NCBI RefSeq assembly: GCF_036321535.1
Contig: NC_087447.1
Coordinates: 41,976,001-42,040,000 of the forward strand
Reading direction: 5' to 3'
Source of the DNA: Camelus dromedarius
Lineage: Eukaryota
Length of the DNA stretch: 64,000 nucleotides
The notes beneath the pieces are model-generated. The model saw only the letters and a program-made list of their open reading frames with translations. It did not search any database and was not told the origin of the DNA. This document shows, piece by piece, positions 55,621 through 64,000 of the stretch (position 1 is the stretch's first letter; each line of letters begins with the position of its first letter). The translations under genes and the position numbers were made by a program.

Positions 55621-56553
55621 TCATACCTATATAACAGAACTATTAAAAATAAATTCAAAGGAGAAACCAGAAGCCAGATGGATAGGAAAGATAATTTTAT
55701 CAAATCTGAGACACGGTGATCATTATACTTTAGCTTTACATTTAGCTCTGAGCATCCTAGAGCTAACAAAAAGAATGGTACTGATTTATATAGTTTTTAT
55801 TGCTCAGTAAACAGTAACTGTTATTAGATCTTCAGGACATACGGATTTTTTTTTCTGGCACTGAACTCTACAGAGTGTATCATGTGGTTCCTTAATTCCC
55901 AAGATGTATAAATGTTTGGCCATTTATTGTGTTAATCTTTAATGAAGGCCAAAAAGGGCGAGTTTCTTTAGAGGTGCATCCATTTTTTAAAAATATTTGT
56001 TTTTTAAGTTTGCGAAGTAACAGTGCTTTTGTATAAAACTGAAGTATTAAAGAAGCACACATTGTACAAGGTGAAAGCCCCTCATGGTCCTCCCCACCTC
56101 CACCTCTGCCCTTAACCATGATAGCACTACCTTTAACAGTTTGGTTCATATTCTTATAGTTTTGTTTTCTTTTTTCCATAAAGCGGATCATAATATACAT
56201 ACTGGTTTGTAACTATTTTTTTACTCAACAGTGTATTCTGGCACTTTTCTATGTTAACACATACCAATCCATGTCACTCTTTTTAATGGTTGCAAAATGT
56301 TCCATTGAATAGGTATCTCAGACAGTTTGGTAATTTCCAATGATTTTACTGTTAATAGGCAGTACTGCAAAGAATCTTTTTGCATTTGGATGCAGAAACA
56401 TCACTTCTGGCTCTTCCCAAATCTGTTTTCTCATTTTGTCTACTTGGAAAGTCTGGCTCAAATTTTTTAGATCTGTAACTAAAAAAGATAACCCTGATCT
56501 GAGGATTGGAAATCCCAGTAGAGTTGTGTTTAAAATACTTTTTCTGTTGTTAG

Positions 56554-56796
<243 letters not shown>

Positions 56797-59500
56797 TGAG
56801 GGCTTTGATTCCATCCGTGTGGAGTGATTTATAGATCATTTCAGATTGAAAGTAGACCTTTTGCTACACAGGTATTTTATATAATACTTTTGTCTGTCAG
56901 TGCACATGTTAGTTTGGATCATAGGTTCTTATTTAAAAAACTAAGAATATCTTCTAAACAGCAAACAATGGTTCATCCACTGAAACTATCACAATTTCAT
57001 GAGGCAGCATATTGTGACCTAGGGACATTCACAATATCCAGCTGCCAACAATATCCCCGGCTGATTTGCCTACCTTCTAAGTCCTGCAGTTAACTGTAAG
57101 GCTAAGGTTTTCCAGACACTTGATCCCTTTTGTGGAAGGATGTGCTAAGCAGTGCAGGATTGTAGAACATAAACTAACTAACGTGACTTTCCTCATTCCA
57201 TTTCAACTAACCCCATTCCTCTCTTAGCAGACTTCTATTCACTAAACTCCCTCAACTTCTATTTCTATTTTCTACTACTCTCCATGGTCTTCTCTATTAG
57301 AAAGAAATGGCATGCCCTGTCAAGTCTGAACTGTCTTTTTAAAATCACTGTTGTCTCTATATAAACTGTTCTGGTTGACAGGAAAATCATATAAGGTTTT
57401 AGGTAAAACTGGGACTCCAAATCAAGAAGCTCAGGTCTAGATCACTGTTGACCAACCTTGATAAGTAAGTCCCCTAACCATTCTGGGTTTCAATTTCCTA
57501 TTTTATAAAATTAGGAAATTGGGCTTACTGGGTGATAATTCAGTGGTCCTCAATCTTGACTGCGTATTTGAATTATCTGGGAAGCTTTAAAAAAAAAATT
57601 CTGGGCGCAACTCTCAGTTGAATTAGAATCTGAAATGGGATTCTAAGAAGGGAGAGACCCAGGTATCTATGTACCTTTAAGCCCCCAGAGTGATTATGAT
57701 GCATACCTAGGATTAAGAAACTTTGGAATAAATAGTTACTAGAATTCCTTCCTCATCTGAAATTATTTATTCAGTAGCATTTGATGAGAATGTACTATGT
57801 GCTGTGCACTTTGTTAGACAGTGGAATTCAGATGTATAAAATGTGTCACCTTCAAAGTCTCACGGTTGTGTAATCCTTTGCTTGGATAGAATCAGAATGG
57901 CTTATCATCTTGGTCATAGAGATTGCTTACATATGAAACGCAAAAAGCTCATAAAATTCAATAAACAAAATGCATCAGTAGGAATAGTTGTGTTCATTTT
58001 GAGTAAGAGTGAAATATACAGTAAAGTATCTCAGCCCTCTCTTGTCACATTACTATAAATAAATTACATTTGTATTTGAAAGCAAATGTATTTTTAAAAG
58101 AAATTAAATAGCCGGTCTTTACAATTTTTGTACTATACCTTTTGTGTTTTGGGCTCTTAAGTCAGTAACCACAAACATACATTTTAGGCATATAAATATA
58201 TGAGATACTCGGTCATTTAAATTGCTCTAATTTATTTCTTTTAAAGAAATCAAAGCCATATTTAATGTGAAAGCTTGTATTGTTCTCTTGTTTTTTCCTA
58301 ACAATTTTTGGGTTAATGTTGCATTTTAAGGAAAATTATTTGTATCAGAGAAAACCTTTGTATTTGCCTCTTTCATTTTCATTTTAAGTTAATTCAAAAT
58401 TTAAAATTTCTCCTTAAATAACATAGAAATCTGATCATTTCATGTGTTATTTAAGCATAACTTGTTGCATATACCCTAGAACTGAAGTCAGTGTACATTC
58501 TGATTTTGTTTCGCCTCTGGGTGTGAGAGGATAATCAGAATTTTCCAGGTTAGGAATTTACAGGTTAAAGGAATGAGGAATTCTGATAATAATTAGTGGG
58601 TTAACATATGGGCTCTAAGTGAGATAAACCTAGTTCAGATCTCACCCGCTCTGGCTTACTGCTGAGGGGCCTTGCCCATAGCTACTCCTGCTCTGTTACT
58701 TGTACCACTGCCTGAACTGTGCCCCTTTTCCCCTCTGCTAATCCAAGCCTGCATTCTCTTCAAAGTTCACCTTCCCTCCCACTCCTCCCAGGAATCACTC
58801 TCTAGCCATCTAGCATGCAGAAAGCTTCTCTCTTTTTAGAATATTTAGTGGTTTGTTCTCTCAAACCTAGGAGATAATTACATGTTATGGTATCCTGTGT
58901 GTGGCTCTCCTCTCCCCTGGGGAACCATGAGCTCTCCAAGGGAGGCTTCGTGTGTGTTACTCCTTTTCTAGATTCTCATCTTTGTACCCTCGGATACTTG
59001 ATAAATGATTATTTATATTTTCCCTTTCTTGCTTTAATATTTAAGCTCCTGAAATCTTGGACCTCAGCCCAGTCCTTTATCTTCTGAAGGCACATGTACG
59101 TAGGTGCAGCACCTTTATATAGAAACACACTTTAAAAACCTTTTCTCTTTTGCTTTATTCCTACATTAAATATCATAAATATGTTTTCATTATTTGAAGA
59201 TGCTTCTTTTTTTCTGTATAAAACCTGCCTTCTTACAAGATTGCTTTAAGCATGATGATCTTGTGCGGTACACGATAGATTGGGGAAATAGAATCAAAGG
59301 CACGCAGGCTGTGACAGTTCCTTCACTCCAGGAAAGGATTGTATCTCAGGAGTGAATTGCCATGCAACAAAATTAATGAATACGATCCTAGAATCATGGC
59401 ACTTTCTCTCACAGCATTCCTGAGCTTTGTCCTTTCCAGATACATTTTACCAGCAGAGGCTGATGAAATAAGCAGCAGAGACTCTAGAAATAAGCTATAA

Positions 59501-59755
<255 letters not shown>

Positions 59756-60895
59756 TAGAGATTGAGGAGGATCAGAGGGTCTGAGAGGGTATCTTCAACT
59801 GAGTCAACTCGTGAGTAGTACTGGATTTAATCCTCCCTTTCCTGAGCCCTGAAGCCAACTCAGAGTAGTCAGATTATTTGTCAATACTTATGACCTTAGA
59901 AATTCAGACACAGACAATTGACTCTTATTGTCTGCCAAGTCATACCTCAATTTGTGTTTGATAAAGCCTTTAGATAGCAGGTAGTTCTCTTGGCATCTAT
60001 TTCAGAAGGAAACACACTGTGGCTCTTCGGTGGAAAAGACAAAGCTCTGAGAATTATGGCTAGGGCTAAAATACTGTTGGTTCTGAGTAACCCCTGATAA
60101 AGTAAAGGTTTTTTCAGGGGGCTCTGAATATATCAGAACTTGTAGAATTACTGATGCAATTGACACTGGAAGAGTGATATTTTCTTAGTTTTCCCTTTTT
60201 TATAATTCTCAGTCTGTGGCATTGTACTCTTCCCATTCTTCATGTCTTGTCCCTGACTTCTCAGATTTCCAGGGGTTCCAATTCTTGCCTTATTCCTTCC
60301 AGTCAAGAACTTTCCCTAGTACCACCACATGCTAGTTGTGTGAACAGTGAGGCTACTGATCTCTAGGCCTAGACCTTCTCCCGTCACCTGAGAGCAGTGA
60401 CCTCCTAGGGATTTCTTCACTGTTCCAACTGCCAGAGGACTCTCAACTAGAATATTGCATGGCTATCCTGGTTAGGATTCTAGTCAAACTGAAATTTTTC
60501 TTCCTAGATTTATAGTATCTCTTGGTAGGAAGAGAACTTCTTAGGTCAAATTCCCTATCTAGAACCAACCACTGATAAATGAGAAGGACATGTTTCCTAC
60601 TTCAGCCACTGTAAGTTAATTTCCATATTCCATCATAGAAAAGATAATATTAAAGAAACCTAACTTCAAAATACATGATTTTCCTTGCCAACTAACCATC
60701 TATGACAAGTAAACCTCTCTGAGCCTTGCTTTTTTATTTTTTAATTTAAAAATTGTATTGCATGATATCCAAGGTCCCTTCAACCTCGAAACTCTTGCCA
60801 TTGAGTATGTTATTTTTTGTTATTTCAGTAATTTGGAGGGAAATTACCTGGAAATCCTTAGTGTTTCTGATGTGTTTAATTTCTTTTGTCTCTAG

Positions 60896-61072
<177 letters not shown>

Positions 61073-61399
61073 TAAGAAGACAGTCGGGTTTCTTCATCTC
61101 AGCCCTCCCACAGTTGACTGTCAGGAGGACTGACCTTTCTTTGGGGTCAGTATGTGACTGTTCTTTTTGTTCGCCGTTTTGTCAAATCCATTGAACCAAA
61201 CTCAAAGTTATGGAACAGCAGCGGTAATAATATGTAACGATCATGTCCATTGCTCTTGATGCATTTTTCAAAATGTGGAATTCTGTTTTCCCTTTTTCCT
61301 GTATTGATCACTAACTTCCTTTAGCAGACCCTTTAGTTTTCATTAATATCCAAGCCTAAGAGACAGTTTTGCTTTGATCTAGAGATGAGAGCCTTTATT

Positions 61400-61825
61400 T
61401 TTTTCTTTTTAACTTTTTGTTTAGATATAATTTCAAATTTGTAAAAAAGTTACAACATAATACAAAGAGTTCCTGTGTACCCTTTACCCAGATTCACCAG
61501 TTGTTTTTGTTTAGCTCCATTTTCTTTATCATTATCTCATACATATTTTTTTCTAAACCATTTGAGCTACATATGTAATGCTCCTTTATCTTTAAATACA
61601 TCACTATATATTTCCTAAGAACAAAGGCATTACCTTACATAACCACAGTGTAATAATCATAACCAGGAAATGTAATTGGCATAAAACTTTTATCTAACCC
61701 AGCATCCATATTCAAATTTTGATCAATTTTATGATCCTTTATAGCAACTTTTTTTTTTTCTGTCTGGTACAGGATCCAATCTAGGATCAGACACTGCCTT
61801 TAGTTGTCATTTCTTTACTAGGAAC
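61400..61825 (-). mobile_element. L1MC-like 3' UTR fragment
   Basis: 'ataatttcaaatttgtaaaaaagttac...ccctttacccagattcacc...caggatccaatctaggatca'. Confidence 0.75.
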
Positions 61826-63515
61826 TCTTATTTTCTGATGAAAATGTTTAGGAATTTATGTTGAAACTTTTAAATTTCAGTTATTACAAAATAACAACTG
61901 CTTTAAATTTTTCATCAATTAGTGATAAAATACAAGGATTAAAATTTTAGTCCATTTATCATTAATCACCTGGAATTTGGGCATTTGCCGGAAAAAATGA
62001 CATTTAGAGAGTACTCTGCAGACTGTGGAGAAAAGGCCATTATTTGCCTGCAAGCTGGGTAGGCTGGAGGTTACAGGAGATTGAAGGTCCAGACAGTATG
62101 TCATTTCTAAATTGCTTAGCTAGCCACCTGTACCACTGTTAGCTGGTAAGCAAAAGAGACCACGCATACATATCCAGGTATAAGATGCTGAAGATGCATG
62201 ACCAGCTTTCTAGGCATTTACAATGGTGAGACAAGCATCTCATCTTAGCACTGTGGGGTCACAAAGGAGCCTATGATATTCATTATCCCAGCCCTCTGTG
62301 GAAGAAAGAAAGCTTTGTATGGTGTTGTATGTTTAGAAACTGTTGGGGGGGTGGTGAAATTATATATATATCTATAAAATCGAGCTTATTCCAAGCTACA
62401 ACAGAGATATATCAATTTTAAATTTTAAGGTATCTTAGAATTGTCTTGCATATATAAAACAAAAGATACAGCTCTAGCTGGAAAAAATTCAACAATCCCT
62501 CTGAGTTTAAGTTACACCTAAAGTGATTCACAATAGGAAATTTAGGGAATACTAGTATTCTGTGACTTCTAATGATTATCTACAACGTATTTCATAATCC
62601 TCAGATTTATATTTCAGATGACTAAAGACAAGGTCTGGTAAAACTATTTAACAGTTAAAGAATCCTTATCACTTTCACCAAATGACAAGAAAACACAAAG
62701 AGTTCTCTTCTCTATGGAAGAGAAGAACATAATCAAAAACAATCTTACCTGAAACTTTTCATCTCAGTGTGATTATTCAGGAAAGTCATTCTTTTCTAAT
62801 TCTTTGATTTGTAAATATCAAGAAAAAACAAACCATTTAAATAAATAAAGTACTTTTAGGTACAAATGACTTAAATCCTAGTTTCTCCTCTAATTAAAGC
62901 TGATTCTCAAAAGGATACTCGAATTTCTGATCTCTTATTTTTTCTCTTCTCAAAAAGGGGAATTATGTTACTCTTTTCTATATTTCAGAAAGTTTATAGT
63001 GTCAGAAGTCAGGACACCACACATACACATTTAAAACACTTAAGAAACGAGTAAAGGTGGTAACAACTATAGCTGTCGTATGATCTCAAAGAAAATCCTG
63101 AGAGTTTGAATCAGTAGAGAGGGAGGCAGGGTGGCTTTCCATGCGGGAGGACTTCCACAAACATAGTTTGTAAGAACTGGTGGAGGAGGTGGCATGGCTA
63201 ACCAAGTGGATTAGGGGCATGCTTGACCAAAAAGCCAAACTGAGGCGTTTTGATTTGGGATGATAAGTAGTTTGTGTCCCACTCTAAGTTCTTGCATTTT
63301 TTGCCTAAAACAGTGTCCTGATGATAAGTCTTTTATGGGAAATTAATCTGCCGCCACATTAAAAAGTGATCTAACAAGGAGAGGCTTAGTGAAGGTCTGG
63401 ACAGTACTAGTGGTTGTGGGACTGGAGAAGAATGAGTTGAGCAATGTAATTATCAAAAAATATAAATGGCATATTCATATTAAATTGACATTCTCTTTGG
63501 TTTTATGACTTGTAG

Positions 63516-63661
63516 CACGTTCTCAAAAACAATTGTGAAAGGTGCCAAAAGGGCAGGGAAAATGACAATTGGGCGGCAGTATTTATTGAAGAGGAGGACA
63601 GGGACGATTGTGGAAGAGAGAGTGAATCGTCCTGGATGGAATGAAGAGGATGACATATCCG
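63516..63661 (+). CDS. SBF2: SBF2 coding exon, 146 nt ([23 protein letters not shown]...EEDDIS)
   Basis: Acceptor gacttgtag|C and donor CCG|gtatgt; within ORF 63505..63690. Confidence 0.96.
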
Positions 63662-64000
63662 GTATGTGGGAATTTGCTTTTCCTTCATGAATGAACCTTA
63701 TTCTTTCTTCCGATATGAGTAAGAACAAGAGACTAAGTCATAGTTGCACTTAAACCTCACTCTTAGAAACCTAGATTTCATAAGAAAATTGGAGGCACTT
63801 ACCAGCTTCTCAGAATTGGGGAAAAAAAATTTTTTTCCCCCAATATTCTATTGTTCAGATAAGATTTTGTTAAATTGTATGCCTCCTCTACTAAGTCTAC
63901 AATGATTGGCCATTGTTATGTGGGTGTCATTAAACAGAGAAAGGAAAAACCCCACTGCATAGGAAATTTATAAAGGAGTCTCCATACCTTATTGTTATGG

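Overview
This is mammalian genomic DNA, AT-rich and CpG-poor. It holds an internal part of SBF2 (MTMR13, myotubularin-related pseudophosphatase) on the + strand: nine coding exons, probably equivalent to human exons ~17-25 (numbering recalled, not verified). All have canonical AG/GT boundaries and consistent phases, and they splice into a 1396-nt open frame covering the end of the SBF2 domain and the PH-GRAM region. A 38.5-kb intron (10708-49177) and the other introns are filled with LINE-1 (almost all antisense), L2, MIR, solo LTRs and DNA-transposon relics. The repeats point to an artiodactyl, most likely a camelid (inference). Outside the exons, the ORF track shows L1 ORF2 debris or noise. 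I found no RNA genes, CRISPR arrays or convincing new biological system. The best observations are retrotransposition footprints readable from target-site duplications (TSDs). (1) An L1 landed inside a likely exon branch point and left a decoy 3' splice site ~800 nt upstream. (2) One target site appears to have been hit repeatedly, leaving three TSD copies. (3) One L1 has a non-L1 3' tail. (4) A ~105-nt retrocopy of an unidentified RNA 3' end is present. (5) There is a poly(A)-only insertion. Repeat subfamily names and the boundaries of old repeats are approximate and assigned by eye.
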